The notes below the pieces were generated by a model, which saw nothing but the letters and a program-made list of their open reading frames with translations, was not told the origin of the DNA and did not search any database. A stretch of DNA of 63,130 bases from Desulfocapsaceae bacterium. GTDB lineage: Bacteria; Desulfobacterota; Desulfobulbia; Desulfobulbales; Desulfocapsaceae. The position numbers and the translations under genes are program-made. The DNA is taken from positions 1 through 63,130 of the forward strand of contig JASJDT010000021.1 in the NCBI GenBank assembly GCA_030065655.1. The letters are read 5' to 3'. Positions 27,751 through 39,055 of this stretch are shown in pieces; the stretch's first letter is position 1; each line of letters opens with the position of its first letter.

Positions 27751-28476
27751 CTATTTCCCCTCATAACCTCTATCGATGCCAAGATTGCTACCCCGGGCGC
27801 AGGAAACTGCCAGTTTGTCACACCGCTCATTCATTGGATTGCCGGCATGTCCCTTGACCCAACGGAAGGTTACTGGCAATTTCTCCGTCCAATCCAGCAG
27901 TTCAGACCAGAGATCCTGATTCAGCGCCGGTTTGCCATCCGCTTTCAACCAGCCTTTTTTTCGCCAGCTTTTTGCCCAACCCTTGCGAATACCATTAACC
28001 ACATAGGAGGAATCGGAATAAAGGATAATTGGTAAAGCACTTTTATTTACTTCCCGGAGAGCAACAATACAGGCCATGAGTTCCATGCGATTGTTGGTGG
28101 TCAACCGATAGCCACCGCAAAGTTCCTTCACTTCACCGTCTCGCTGGATCACCACCCCGTAGCCACCGGGTCCGGGATTATTGAGTGCGCCACCGTCGGT
28201 ATGAATGATTAGCTTGTCCTTCTCATCGAACTCCTCTACAGCCGCTGTCTGCCGGGTAGCTTTATGATTTGGTAATCTTTTTTGGTTTTTCTTTGCCTTT
28301 GAAGAATCTCCAACCGGGGCTTTTCCTGATAGCCAGGATTCAGCCTCCTTCTTCGTGGCGAACCCTTTGAACCTGGCTTTCGGAAAACCCTTGACCTGTA
28401 CTTCCGCCTCGGCCCAGGTCGTGTAGATCCCAGGCTCTTTCCCGCATTTAACGGCATACCATTTCTTTTTAGCCAT
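27751..28476 (-). CDS. rnhA: Ribonuclease HI with N-terminal hybrid-binding (Cauli_VI) domain
   Basis: WYAVKCGKEPGIYTTW...VKGF...FKGF, TDGG...NPGPGG, TTNNRMEL, WVKGHAG...NERCD. Confidence 0.93.
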   Translation of the reverse strand: MAKKKWYAVKCGKEPGIYTTWAEAEVQVKGFPKARFKGFATKKEAESWLSGKAPVGDSSKAKKNQKRLPNHKATRQTAAVEEFDEKDKLIIHTDGGALNNPGPGGYGVVIQRDGEVKELCGGYRLTTNNRMELMACIVALREVNKSALPIILYSDSSYVVNGIRKGWAKSWRKKGWLKADGKPALNQDLWSELLDWTEKLPVTFRWVKGHAGNPMNERCDKLAVSCARGSNLGIDRGYEGK

Positions 28477-28571
28477 TTTATTCTACAGACTTTTTTAGTT
28501 TCCGATTGGCACGACAATCCTAAGGTTTATGGTTCGTTGCACCAAAGTGGAGAATAATGGGTAAATCACGG

Positions 28572-28611
28572 AAAAAAAAAGTGACAAGCCCAGATGGACT
28601 TATCACTTTTT
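28572..28611 (-). terminator. Intrinsic (potentially bidirectional) terminator after yajC
   Basis: A9-gtgacaagccca-ga-tggacttatcac-T5 hairpin, ~40 nt past the yajC stop. Confidence 0.65.
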
Positions 28612-28649
28612 CAACTCCGCTCCTGCAAGACTCAGCAGCCGCTAACTCC

Positions 28650-28985
28650 TCAGGAACCGCCTTTTTTCTCAGGAGTCGCTTCGGACTTCACCGTGCTTCC
28701 GCCAATGGCATCACGAGACACTTTGACTTTTATGTCCTTGGCAATCTCCAGGGTGACAACGGTGTCGGTCAAACCGATGATTGTTCCATGCAGACCACCG
28801 CGGGTAAATATCTTGTCCCCGGTTTTAAGGTCTTTGAGGAACTGCTGATGCTGTTTAGCCTGCTTCTGTTGAGGCCGAATAAGCAGGAAATAAAAAACCA
28901 CAAAAATAAGGATAAGCGGTAGAAAGGATGCCAACCCTCCAGCTCCGCCAGCACCTGCATCTGCTGCATAGGCAATACTTGTCAT
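28650..28985 (-). CDS. yajC: Preprotein translocase subunit YajC
   Basis: FYFLLIRPQQK, GD.I.T.GGLHG. Lies directly after tgt. Confidence 0.95.
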   Translation of the reverse strand: MTSIAYAADAGAGGAGGLASFLPLILIFVVFYFLLIRPQQKQAKQHQQFLKDLKTGDKIFTRGGLHGTIIGLTDTVVTLEIAKDIKVKVSRDAIGGSTVKSEATPEKKGGS

Positions 28986-29124
28986 AAATCTTCCTCCAAT
29001 GGGATATTTGCTCAGGCATGTTTTTCTGTCCCGGGTTGGTCACCCTCTATCTGGACTGCAATGCCGTTTGGATGTACGGATGTATAATACATCGCTTATT
29101 TTCTTCAACAGCTGCCTAGGATAA

Positions 29125-30240
<1,116 letters not shown>

Positions 30241-30469
30241 CTAATTCTGTTTTGCTGTTCCTTGTTTTTTCTGTAGTTCTCTGTCCCCCTTACATCACTC
30301 AGACGTAGGAGCCTTGGCTAATGTTTTTAGCGGCTGTAAAAAAGGGGTTTTGTTAAGCCACGCAGAGTAACAGGTTGGTTAAATTTGACAAGCCTCTAAA
30401 GTTCAAAAAACCGGGAAATTTTTCAGATTAGAGTTTCTCAAAATCAATGCACTATTAAACTAATCCTGT

Positions 30470-31552
30470 CTATTCACAGGCGGAGGCGAAACGTTCAACC
30501 AATATTCCCTGTTGGTTGTCGATACTTTCTGCGAGTTTGAATTGGACCATGGCACGCTTCAGATTATCATCACTCTGCTGCACCTTAAAATAAGGATTGC
30601 CCTGCAGATAATCGGTGAAAAAGCGCAGGCCCAGCTCAAAGGTAATAAGGTAGAATGCTGTATGAAGATTTGCCTTTTCAAAGGAACTCAGCTCATTTTC
30701 GCTGGCATAGCCGGCAACAACGTGAGCTGCAAAATCAGCATTACAGTGGACAACTGCATCATATGCATCTTCACCAGTTTGAGAGCAACAGGAGCGTAAA
30801 CAATCACCGAGGTCCTGGAGAACAAGTCCCGGTCCCACCGTATCACAATCAATGAGGGTCAAAGCAGTGCTGTTTTGCCCATCGAACAGGACATTGGCAA
30901 CCTTCGGGTCACCATGAATAACTCTGGTTTGGACATCACCACGCCGACGGGCATCCTCGAAGAATGTTGCTCTTTTCCTGTTTTCATCAATATAGTTAAG
31001 ACAGAAACCAACACTGGCACCATCGTCTGACAGTGAATTCTGCAAGGCAGCATCGAACTTCTCAAGATATGTCGGTAAGTCGTGAAAATGCGGCAAAGCC
31101 GAACCCAGCATGGCCGGAGAGAGATCGTTGACCAATGCATGAAACCGGCCGAGACATCTGCCTATCTCATAAGCCTGGTCACCGCTCTGCACTGCTTTTA
31201 GAACATGCGTATCACTTAGATATCGCTGGGCTTTCCAGACGCCCCCACCCTGATCCCGAAAATACGTATCTCCCTGGGTGGTCTGCACCGCGGCAGGAAA
31301 ATAAACCTCCGTCTGTCCAGCCAGCTTGCCTGTAATGTATGCTGAGATAACAGCCGCATTTTCTGCGACGATTACCGGGTCAGGAAAAACGAATTCGTTG
31401 ATTCGTTGAAGGACGAGGGCTCTATCGCCATACCTTACCAGAAAGGTATCGTTAATGTTTCCCTGACCAAGAGTACTCCAGACCACATCCTTTTGCTGGC
31501 CAAGAAAAGCCGTAACCACCTCTGCTGGGATTATCAGATCTTCTCTAACCAA
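30470..31552 (-). CDS. Aminoglycoside-phosphotransferase-fold kinase (N-acetylhexosamine 1-kinase-like)
   Basis: GQGNINDTF, LQRIN..VF, HGDPKVANVLF, IDCDTV.PG, RFFTDYL.G..YF. Confidence 0.8.
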   Translation of the reverse strand: MVREDLIIPAEVVTAFLGQQKDVVWSTLGQGNINDTFLVRYGDRALVLQRINEFVFPDPVIVAENAAVISAYITGKLAGQTEVYFPAAVQTTQGDTYFRDQGGGVWKAQRYLSDTHVLKAVQSGDQAYEIGRCLGRFHALVNDLSPAMLGSALPHFHDLPTYLEKFDAALQNSLSDDGASVGFCLNYIDENRKRATFFEDARRRGDVQTRVIHGDPKVANVLFDGQNSTALTLIDCDTVGPGLVLQDLGDCLRSCCSQTGEDAYDAVVHCNADFAAHVVAGYASENELSSFEKANLHTAFYLITFELGLRFFTDYLQGNPYFKVQQSDDNLKRAMVQFKLAESIDNQQGILVERFASACE

Positions 31553-31556
31553 GGGC

Positions 31557-32549
31557 TTAACCTACTATTTTCTTGGCATAAACTACAGCACCATGCAAAT
31601 TGACGTGTTTTTTGGTGATTATATATACAGGAATGTGCTGCAGTAAGTCGGTCATCTTTCCCTTGGCTCTGAATGCCTTCACAAAGGGTTGGAATGAGAC
31701 TTTACCGAGCAAATGCAGAAGAACACCACCGCCGATATAGATGCCACCCCTGGCATAGATTTTCAAAGCAAGATTGCTGCTTTCACTACCGAGCAAACTG
31801 AGAAAACGATTGATGACCTGCACACACAAAGGACAGGGATCTGCTGATGTAGCCCCCCTAACAATGATCGGTGCCAGGTTATCAGCCAAATTCACCTCTT
31901 GCCTTACCCATTCAGCAGGAATCACATCCCCTCTGGCTATATAGTAATTGTATAGCTGGGTCAGCCCCGGACCAGAGCAGATTTGCTCGATACTCATGTC
32001 GAGATTATGTTGCAGCAGCCAGCTTGCCAAATCCAGCTCGTCTATGTTTGTGGGAGCAAACGTCGAATGACCACCTTCAGAACCCCGGGCAATATATTGC
32101 CCTTCGTGGAAAATCAGATACCCCTGGCCAAGTCCTGTTCCCGGGGCAATGACCCCTATAGTCTCCTCCTTTCTTGCCACACCACTGCATAACTCCACAA
32201 GGTCATCGGGATGAAGAGACGGGATTGCTTCTGCCAAAGCTGCCATGTCATTGAGAATCCATACCCTTTTAAAGCCGAAGCGATCTCGCAATTGGGCGGC
32301 ATCAGCCCGCCAAGAGAGATTGGTCAGTTCCACCACGCCGTCTTCGACCACTCCGGCGACGGCAATGCAGAGGTAGTCGGCTTTGAGCTCGTGCTCGGCG
32401 AAAAAACTCTCTATGACTTCTTCAATACTGGCAAATTGGACATTCTCATAAACGGCTTCCGTTTTGAATATAGCTGTGGTATCGGCCAGATCTGTAAATC
32501 CAAACCTGCTGTTTGTGCCACCGAGATCTATGGTAAGGAGATAAGACAT
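31557..32549 (-). CDS. glk: Glucokinase (Glk family)
   Basis: DLGGTNSR, LND, APGTGLG, SEGGH, GGIYIGGGV. Confidence 0.85.
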   Translation of the reverse strand: MSYLLTIDLGGTNSRFGFTDLADTTAIFKTEAVYENVQFASIEEVIESFFAEHELKADYLCIAVAGVVEDGVVELTNLSWRADAAQLRDRFGFKRVWILNDMAALAEAIPSLHPDDLVELCSGVARKEETIGVIAPGTGLGQGYLIFHEGQYIARGSEGGHSTFAPTNIDELDLASWLLQHNLDMSIEQICSGPGLTQLYNYYIARGDVIPAEWVRQEVNLADNLAPIIVRGATSADPCPLCVQVINRFLSLLGSESSNLALKIYARGGIYIGGGVLLHLLGKVSFQPFVKAFRAKGKMTDLLQHIPVYIITKKHVNLHGAVVYAKKIVG

Positions 32550-32701
32550 GAGATGATATTAAATCATATGCCGGGCAATAGCCATGACATACTCATCATA
32601 CGAGAATTGCTCGAGAGAGATTTTGTAAAATGAGAACAATTTCTTCATTGGCAAATCTTTCCCGAGCAATGATATGGAAGCAACTACTTTTCAGGTACCT
32701 T

Positions 32702-33523
32702 TCAGTTTTTCTCCTCGGAGAGAAGATGAACATCTCTCTGAGGATATGGAATGGATATACCGTTCTCATCCAGAGTTGTTTTAATTTGCTCAATTAACTG
32801 AAAACGAACACCCCAGTAATCGCTTGTCTTCACCCAGGGACGAACAACGAAGTTAACAGAGGAGTCGGCCAACTCGGCAACGGCAACTGTCGGTGCAGGG
32901 TCTTTCAAAAGATCATCCCGACCAGCGATGATATCCTCCAGTATCTTCTTGGTCTTCTGAAGATCATCGTCGTAACCGACCCCAATCACCAGATCCATTC
33001 TTCTGGTCGGATAAGCAGTGACATTGGTAATGGTTGAGCTGGCAATAGCACCATTGGGAATAATCTTTCTCTGATTGTCCGGGGTGTTGAGAATAGTGTT
33101 GAATATGGAGATTTCATCAACCGTTCCCGATTCTCCGCCGGCATCAATGTAATCACCCACCTTGAATGGTCGGAAGAGAATAAGCATGACTCCTGCGGAA
33201 AAGTTGGAAAGGGAATCCTTAAGCGCCAAACCAATGGCCAGTGAAGCTGCACCTATAATGGTTAAGAACGACGCCGTATTTATGCCCAGCTGACCGGCAA
33301 CGGCCACGAGCACTGCGGCAAGGAGAAGGTAATAAAGAATGTTTCTGAGGAACTTGACCAGGGTCTGATCAACATTGTTCTTTTCCATAAGACTGGCAAG
33401 AATAGAGCATATTTTACCTGCCAGCCACTTTCCAATTATAAAAACGAGAATGGCAAGAACAACCTTGGTACCATAGGTGATCAACAGAGTTTGAATTGTT
33501 TCCATATTAAATTCAAATTGCAT
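32702..33523 (-). CDS. mscS: Small-conductance mechanosensitive channel
   Basis: GAASLAIGLAL..SLSNF, RPFKVGD, IPN, IPYPQRDVH. ATG 33523 has an AAGGAGG RBS. Confidence 0.9.
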   Translation of the reverse strand: MQFEFNMETIQTLLITYGTKVVLAILVFIIGKWLAGKICSILASLMEKNNVDQTLVKFLRNILYYLLLAAVLVAVAGQLGINTASFLTIIGAASLAIGLALKDSLSNFSAGVMLILFRPFKVGDYIDAGGESGTVDEISIFNTILNTPDNQRKIIPNGAIASSTITNVTAYPTRRMDLVIGVGYDDDLQKTKKILEDIIAGRDDLLKDPAPTVAVAELADSSVNFVVRPWVKTSDYWGVRFQLIEQIKTTLDENGISIPYPQRDVHLLSEEKN

Positions 33524-33920
33524 TTTTCCCTCCTTCCCGAATAGTTGATAAGGACTCACTACAAAACTTAGCTAATTTCCAGACCCATACTCACAAGCTA
33601 ATTTCTTGTAATTCAAAATTAATACTTGAATAAGGTGCAAACAAAACGCACCTATACATGATTTTTCCACACGCACTGGTAGAAAAACGGCTTAAAAGAG
33701 TTTGGAAAATAAGAGACAGCGTTACCAAAGGCTAAATTATCGGCAGTAAATAATGAGTTCCGATAATTAACTATTTTCAACAGTAAATAAGCACTTTTTC
33801 ACGCCTTTCTAGCCAATTTCCCCAAAAAAATTGCGATAACAAATATTTCTGTGAAATTTGTGAGGGTCCTGAGGCGCACAGATTATTTTTAGTACTGCTC
33901 AGGCTGAGCAAGACTGTCGA

Positions 33921-34685
33921 TCATTCTTCCAACAGAGTTATATCCCAGGCTTCTGTACGTCCTTCACTGTCATCGCTTTCCACAACGGAAAACTCAAAGA
34001 CGTTGGCGGAATCGAGAAATACTGTGTCGTTGGAGAACTCGGATTTCGAACAATGGAAAAAAACTGTTTCAGGTTGCAGGCCTCCCTTGGTCAGGGTGTA
34101 GTAACGCATGAAGCCGAAGCCCCGCTCGGCATTGTAATTAATCGGTACCCCCCGTTGTCGATTCACCCCGACGGCAGAACTGATTGGCAGTAGGCCAGGG
34201 ACAAGGTACCCGGAGAGATAGCTGTCAGCAACCTCTTTTAATTCGCTACTGGCATGCTTGAAAGCAATGACATCTACCCGGCAGCCCATGTTTTGCAGGG
34301 CTAGTACCAGACGAATGAAATCACTGTCACCGGTCAGCAATATTATCCTGTCCAGGTTTCTGGCTTGGAGCAGGGCATCAATGGCAAGGTCCATATCGGC
34401 ATTTGCCTTAGTCGTCAAAATACCTTCGTCATCGATGAAATGTTTGACGTATTTCTTGATGACCTTGAATCCACATTGACGCAGAACGTCATGATAGCGG
34501 TAAAGTTTCTGCTTGTATTCCCGGTCTTCTTTGGTACGGGCCTGGTCTTCGGTGACATAGGAGTTTGCCCGGAGTAAAACGGAATTACCAACATTGGCAA
34601 GTTCGGCCAGAACGTCGTAGCGCATGCCGTAGCCACCACACAACCGGATATTTTCAGCATCGACATATATTCCAGTTTTCAGCAT
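33921..34685 (-). CDS. NYN (LabA/DUF88) domain protein with a C-terminal cold-shock-like domain
   Basis: YVDAEN, KANADMDLAIDA, LLTGDSDF, plus C-terminal RGFGF and VFFH motifs. Confidence 0.85.
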   Translation of the reverse strand: MLKTGIYVDAENIRLCGGYGMRYDVLAELANVGNSVLLRANSYVTEDQARTKEDREYKQKLYRYHDVLRQCGFKVIKKYVKHFIDDEGILTTKANADMDLAIDALLQARNLDRIILLTGDSDFIRLVLALQNMGCRVDVIAFKHASSELKEVADSYLSGYLVPGLLPISSAVGVNRQRGVPINYNAERGFGFMRYYTLTKGGLQPETVFFHCSKSEFSNDTVFLDSANVFEFSVVESDDSEGRTEAWDITLLEE

Positions 34686-34778
34686 GCAACACACCTCAAA
34701 ACGATAGAGTCAGATTACGTCAATAATAACCACCTTCTCTCTTCCTATTTTCTAGGTATTTAATGTTGGGAACTTTCG

Positions 34779-36329
34779 TTACTCCCACTCAATAGTAGAA
34801 GGAGGCTTGGAGGAGATATCGTAGACTACCCTGTTTACTCCACGCACTTCATTGATAATTCTTCCGGAAATTATTTGCAGAATATCGTAGGGTAAACGGG
34901 ACCAATCAGCCGTCATGGCATCCTTAGAATCAACCGCCCTAATTGCGATGACATTTTCATAGGTGCGATAGTCTCCCATCACACCTACGGTCTGAATGGG
35001 CAAAAGAACAGCAAAGGATTGCCAGACCTGCCGGTACAGACCGCTTTTCTTCATCTCTTCGAGCACAATCACATCGGCCTGGCGCAGAACTCGCAACCGT
35101 TCAGCCGTTACCTCACCCATGATCCTGATGCCCAGACCCGGGCCAGGAAAAGGCTGACGGTAAATTGCTTCTTCCGGTAAACCAAGTTCAAGGCCAAGCT
35201 CCCTTACCTCATCCTTAAAGAGCTCCCGCAGGGGCTCAATGAGATCAAGTTTCATAACTTCCGGCAGACCACCGACATTGTGATGGGATTTGATGGGAAC
35301 ATCGCCGCGGAACGATACCGATTCGATGACGTCCGGGTAGAGGGTTCCCTGAGCAAGGTAATCGACTTCGCCCAATTTGGCTGCCTGTTCTTCGAAAATC
35401 TTGATAAATCCCAGTCCGATGCGCCTTCGCTTTACCTCCGGATCAACAATACCTTCCAACTCGCCCAGGAAGAACTCCTCGGCATTGACATCAATGACTT
35501 TCAGCTTGCTCTTTTCTTTGAAAAACCTCAAGATTGATTCTGACTCACCGGTGCGCATCAAACCGTTGTTGACATAAATACAGGTGAGCTGATCACCAAT
35601 GGCACGATGGACGATGGCGGCGGTCACCGAAGAATCGACACCCCCGGAAAGTGCGCAGATAACCTTGGCGGAGCCGACTTTATTTCTGATCATCTCAACA
35701 TTGGACTCAATGAAGGAATGCATGGTCCAATTCGGACTGCAGCCGCAGATACCAAAGATGAAATTACGCAGCACATCTGTACCAATCAGGGTATGGGCGA
35801 CTTCAGGATGAAACTGTACCGCTGAAAACGGTTTGGTATCATGACGAAAAGCAGCATAGATTGAGTTATCGCTCGTGGCTGAGGTGACAAATCCTTCGGG
35901 CATCTCCTTGACCCGGTCACCATGACTCATCCATACCTGATGCTTGTATTCTCCCGTCTCCAGCCCGGCAAACAAACCATCGGTGAGCTGAATCGTCAAT
36001 TCGGCTTTGCCAAATTCCCGCTTGTCGGCGTTTTCGACACTGCCACCCATTTGCTGTACCATGAGCTGAGCTCCATAGCAGATACCCAGAATGGGAATGT
36101 CCATCTCAAAAAGCGCGTTGCCGCAAAGCGGAGCATCGCTGTCGTATACCGAAGCCGGCCCACCGGAGAGCACTATGCCCTTCGGCTTCTTTGCCAGAAT
36201 GACCTCCAGATCCGTTGAAAACGGCAATATTTCACAATATACCTTCTGCTCGCGAATTCGCCTGGCGATGAGTTGGGTTGTCTGTGAGCCGAAGTCAAGG
36301 ATTACGATTATTTCGTCATGAATATTCAT
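34779..36329 (-). CDS. guaA: GMP synthase (glutamine-hydrolysing)
   Basis: [32 protein letters not shown]. Confidence 0.98.
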   Translation of the reverse strand: MNIHDEIIVILDFGSQTTQLIARRIREQKVYCEILPFSTDLEVILAKKPKGIVLSGGPASVYDSDAPLCGNALFEMDIPILGICYGAQLMVQQMGGSVENADKREFGKAELTIQLTDGLFAGLETGEYKHQVWMSHGDRVKEMPEGFVTSATSDNSIYAAFRHDTKPFSAVQFHPEVAHTLIGTDVLRNFIFGICGCSPNWTMHSFIESNVEMIRNKVGSAKVICALSGGVDSSVTAAIVHRAIGDQLTCIYVNNGLMRTGESESILRFFKEKSKLKVIDVNAEEFFLGELEGIVDPEVKRRRIGLGFIKIFEEQAAKLGEVDYLAQGTLYPDVIESVSFRGDVPIKSHHNVGGLPEVMKLDLIEPLRELFKDEVRELGLELGLPEEAIYRQPFPGPGLGIRIMGEVTAERLRVLRQADVIVLEEMKKSGLYRQVWQSFAVLLPIQTVGVMGDYRTYENVIAIRAVDSKDAMTADWSRLPYDILQIISGRIINEVRGVNRVVYDISSKPPSTIEWE

Positions 36330-36365
36330 AATATGTTTATTTTCCGGTTATGGTTGCTGTACTTA

Positions 36366-37829
36366 TCAGGCGGTACGGTAATTAGGCGCCTCTTTAGTGA
36401 TGATGACGTCATGGACATGCGATTCACGCAGGCCAGCCGAAGATATCCGCACAAACTTTGCTTTTGTACGTAGATCCTCTATGGTGGCAGCACCGACATA
36501 TCCCATGCCGGAGCGCAATCCCCCGAGTAGCTGATACATTACATTGATCAATGAACCGCGATAGGGAACTTTTCCTTCGATCCCCTCAGGTACCAATTTC
36601 ATCTGGTTTTTCACATCCGCCTGAAAATAGCGATCGGAGGAACCGGCACCCATGGCCCCAAGAGACCCCATACCCCTATAGCCTTTGTAGGTTCGACCCT
36701 GATAAAGAAATGTTTCTCCCGGTGTCTCGTCTGTTCCGGCGAAAAGACTGCCAATCATTATGGTATGAGCTCCGGCGCCAATCGCCTTGGCTAGATCACC
36801 GGAATGCTTGATACCACCGTCGGCGATGATCGGCACACCATATTTCTCACCAACTTTGACGCAGTTTATTATTGCGGTCACCTGAGGAACTCCAACCCCT
36901 GCCACAATTCTCGTCGTGCAGATCGAGCCTGGTCCGACGCCGACCTTGATGGCGTTGGCGCCCGCCTTGATGAGATCTTCTGCTCCTTCGGAGGTGGCCA
37001 CATTACCGGCAATAATCTGTAGATCAGGATAGGTTGACCGTAAGCTGCGCACTGAATCAATCACTCCTTTGGAATGCCCATGCGCCGAGTCGAGCACCGC
37101 GACGTCAACGCCGGCGTTGATAAGTTTTTCGGTATTCTCCAATAAATCATGCCCAACGCCCAGAGCTGCACCAACAATCAACCGGCCAAAGCCGTCCTTG
37201 GCTGCATGGGGATACTTCTTTATTTTTTCCAGATCCTTGATGGTGATAAGCCCTTTGAGGTTGCCGTTGTCATCAACCACCAGCAACTTTTCTATCCGAT
37301 GCTCGTGCAACAGTGCCTTGGAGTGTTCGAGGTCGATGCCAACCTTGGCGGTGACCAGATTTTTGCTGGTCATCACATCGGCTACGCGCAGATCATTGTC
37401 GGAGACAAAGCGCAGATCACGGTTAGTAACGATACCGACGAGTTTTCCCTGATGCAGTACTGGCAGGCCAGAGATTTTATAGGTGCTCATGATCTCCTGA
37501 ACTTCAGCGACCGACTGAAACTTGTCAACGGTAATCGGATCAATGATCATTCCGGATTCCGATTTTTTGACCTTTTCTACTTCCAGCACTTGCTGATCTA
37601 TACTCATATTCTTATGGATAATGCCGATACCACCCTCCCTGGCCATGGCTATGGCGGCACGATGCTCTGTCACTGTATCCATGGCGGCGCTGACCAGAGG
37701 GGCATTGAGTGAAATCTTTTGGGTTAATTTGGTGGCAAGCGACACTGTATTGGGGAGAACCTCCGAAGAAGAAGGTACCAGTAACAGATCATCAAATGTC
37801 AAAGCTAATTCAATTTCCTCCGGTATCAT
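36366..37829 (-). CDS. guaB: IMP dehydrogenase
   Basis: ALTFDD, CBS pair, [22 protein letters not shown]. Confidence 0.98.
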   Translation of the reverse strand: MIPEEIELALTFDDLLLVPSSSEVLPNTVSLATKLTQKISLNAPLVSAAMDTVTEHRAAIAMAREGGIGIIHKNMSIDQQVLEVEKVKKSESGMIIDPITVDKFQSVAEVQEIMSTYKISGLPVLHQGKLVGIVTNRDLRFVSDNDLRVADVMTSKNLVTAKVGIDLEHSKALLHEHRIEKLLVVDDNGNLKGLITIKDLEKIKKYPHAAKDGFGRLIVGAALGVGHDLLENTEKLINAGVDVAVLDSAHGHSKGVIDSVRSLRSTYPDLQIIAGNVATSEGAEDLIKAGANAIKVGVGPGSICTTRIVAGVGVPQVTAIINCVKVGEKYGVPIIADGGIKHSGDLAKAIGAGAHTIMIGSLFAGTDETPGETFLYQGRTYKGYRGMGSLGAMGAGSSDRYFQADVKNQMKLVPEGIEGKVPYRGSLINVMYQLLGGLRSGMGYVGAATIEDLRTKAKFVRISSAGLRESHVHDVIITKEAPNYRTA

Positions 37830-38069
37830 GATCGGCTCCTTTTCCGGTAGTTAGCTAAAAGGCTGGTCCAGGACTTACTTGACAAGGGTATGAACTTATC
37901 GGCTGCTTTTTTGCAAAATCTGCCTGGCTACTTCCTAAGTATTAATGTTGCAGGAAGGATGATAAAGTATTACCTTCCTTAGTCCTTGTGCTCTCAACAG
38001 GTGTTTTACTGAGTTCAGGTGTTCAGAGCATGTTGTAAATCTATATTGTGGAAGAGGAATTAACACCTC

Positions 38070-38678
38070 ATGCTCATTTCAATCAACCCGGAAAATCCGC
38101 AGCAACGACTCATCGACAAGATTGTCCAACAGCTGCGTCTCGGGGCCACCATGTGCTATCCCACCGATACCGGCTACGGCATTGGTTGCGATATGTTCAA
38201 TCAGAAGGCAATCAAAAAAATCTATCAGATAAAAAAAAGGCCAAAGCACAAACCACTTACCTTTATGTGCTCCGGCTTGAAGAACATCAGCGAATATGCG
38301 CATGTATCAAACACTGCCTATCGCCTACTCAAAAAAAATCTACCCGGCCCCTACACTTTTGTTCTGCCCGGGACGAAACTCGTCCCGAAAATCATGTCAT
38401 CGAAGCAGAAAACCGTTGGTATTCGTGTCCCCGACTCAGCTATCTGCAAACTTCTTATGGAGACACTGGGCAATCCTATAATCAACACCAGTATCCCCTA
38501 TGATAGCGATCCCCCTCCGACAGATGCCTATGATATCGACCTGCTCTTTGGCAACATTGTCGATATCATTATCGATGCCGGTCCTTCCTTTACCGATCCA
38601 TCCTCAGTAATCGATCTCACCAGCGATATCCCTGAGGTTCTGCGAAAGGGCAAAGGTGATGTCACCCCATTTTATTGA
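38070..38678 (+). CDS. Sua5/YciO/YrdC family protein (YciO-like)
   Basis: NPENPQ.R, YPTDT.YGIGC, PGPYTF, VGIRVP. Confidence 0.9.
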   Translation: MLISINPENPQQRLIDKIVQQLRLGATMCYPTDTGYGIGCDMFNQKAIKKIYQIKKRPKHKPLTFMCSGLKNISEYAHVSNTAYRLLKKNLPGPYTFVLPGTKLVPKIMSSKQKTVGIRVPDSAICKLLMETLGNPIINTSIPYDSDPPPTDAYDIDLLFGNIVDIIIDAGPSFTDPSSVIDLTSDIPEVLRKGKGDVTPFY

Positions 38679-38950
38679 TGGATAAGTGACTCCTTCAGCG
38701 ATTTACTCATGGTAAAATGAAGTGTTTTCCGCTCCGGAATATTCATCATTACTCCGGTCCGAGGATTCTTGGTATTTCTTGCCTTGCGTGTACGTGTGGA
38801 AAAACTACCAAAACCTCTAAGCTCCACCCGACGATTCTCTGCCAGTGCTTCTCCCATGGTCTCCAGAATTATATCAAGAGCGAGACTGACATCCTGCTTT
38901 TGCAGAACCAATTCTTCACTCACCTTATTTATCAGATCTTTTTTCAGCAT
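38672..38950 (-). CDS. ihfB: Integration host factor beta / HU family DNA-binding protein
   Basis: RVELRGFGSF, RNTKNPRTG and position downstream of rpsA. Likely start MLKKDLI. Confidence 0.8.
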   Translation of the reverse strand: MLKKDLINKVSEELVLQKQDVSLALDIILETMGEALAENRRVELRGFGSFSTRTRKARNTKNPRTGVMMNIPERKTLHFTMSKSLKESLIHQ

Positions 38951-38979
38951 AGTCGTTACCATCCAACCTTCAATTCTAT

Positions 38980-39022
38980 AAAAAAAGGTTGTTTTACCGA
39001 TTCCCATCGGTAAAACAACCTT
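38980..39022 (-). terminator. Strong intrinsic terminator after rpsA
   Basis: Perfect 17-bp stem aaggttgttttaccgat / atcggtaaaacaacctt with a 4-nt loop and a U-run on the minus strand. Confidence 0.85.
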
Positions 39023-39055
39023 AGCATACATTACCTGCAGGTAGTCATACCCTGT

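Noticed and set aside
37830-38069. Possible purine riboswitch upstream of guaB; hairpin aggaagg/ccttcct at 37952-37979
   Set aside because: No purine-riboswitch core is recognisable, and one hairpin is not enough evidence.
38951-39031. N-terminal extension of the IHF ORF
   Set aside because: It runs through the rpsA terminator hairpin, so the true start is downstream.
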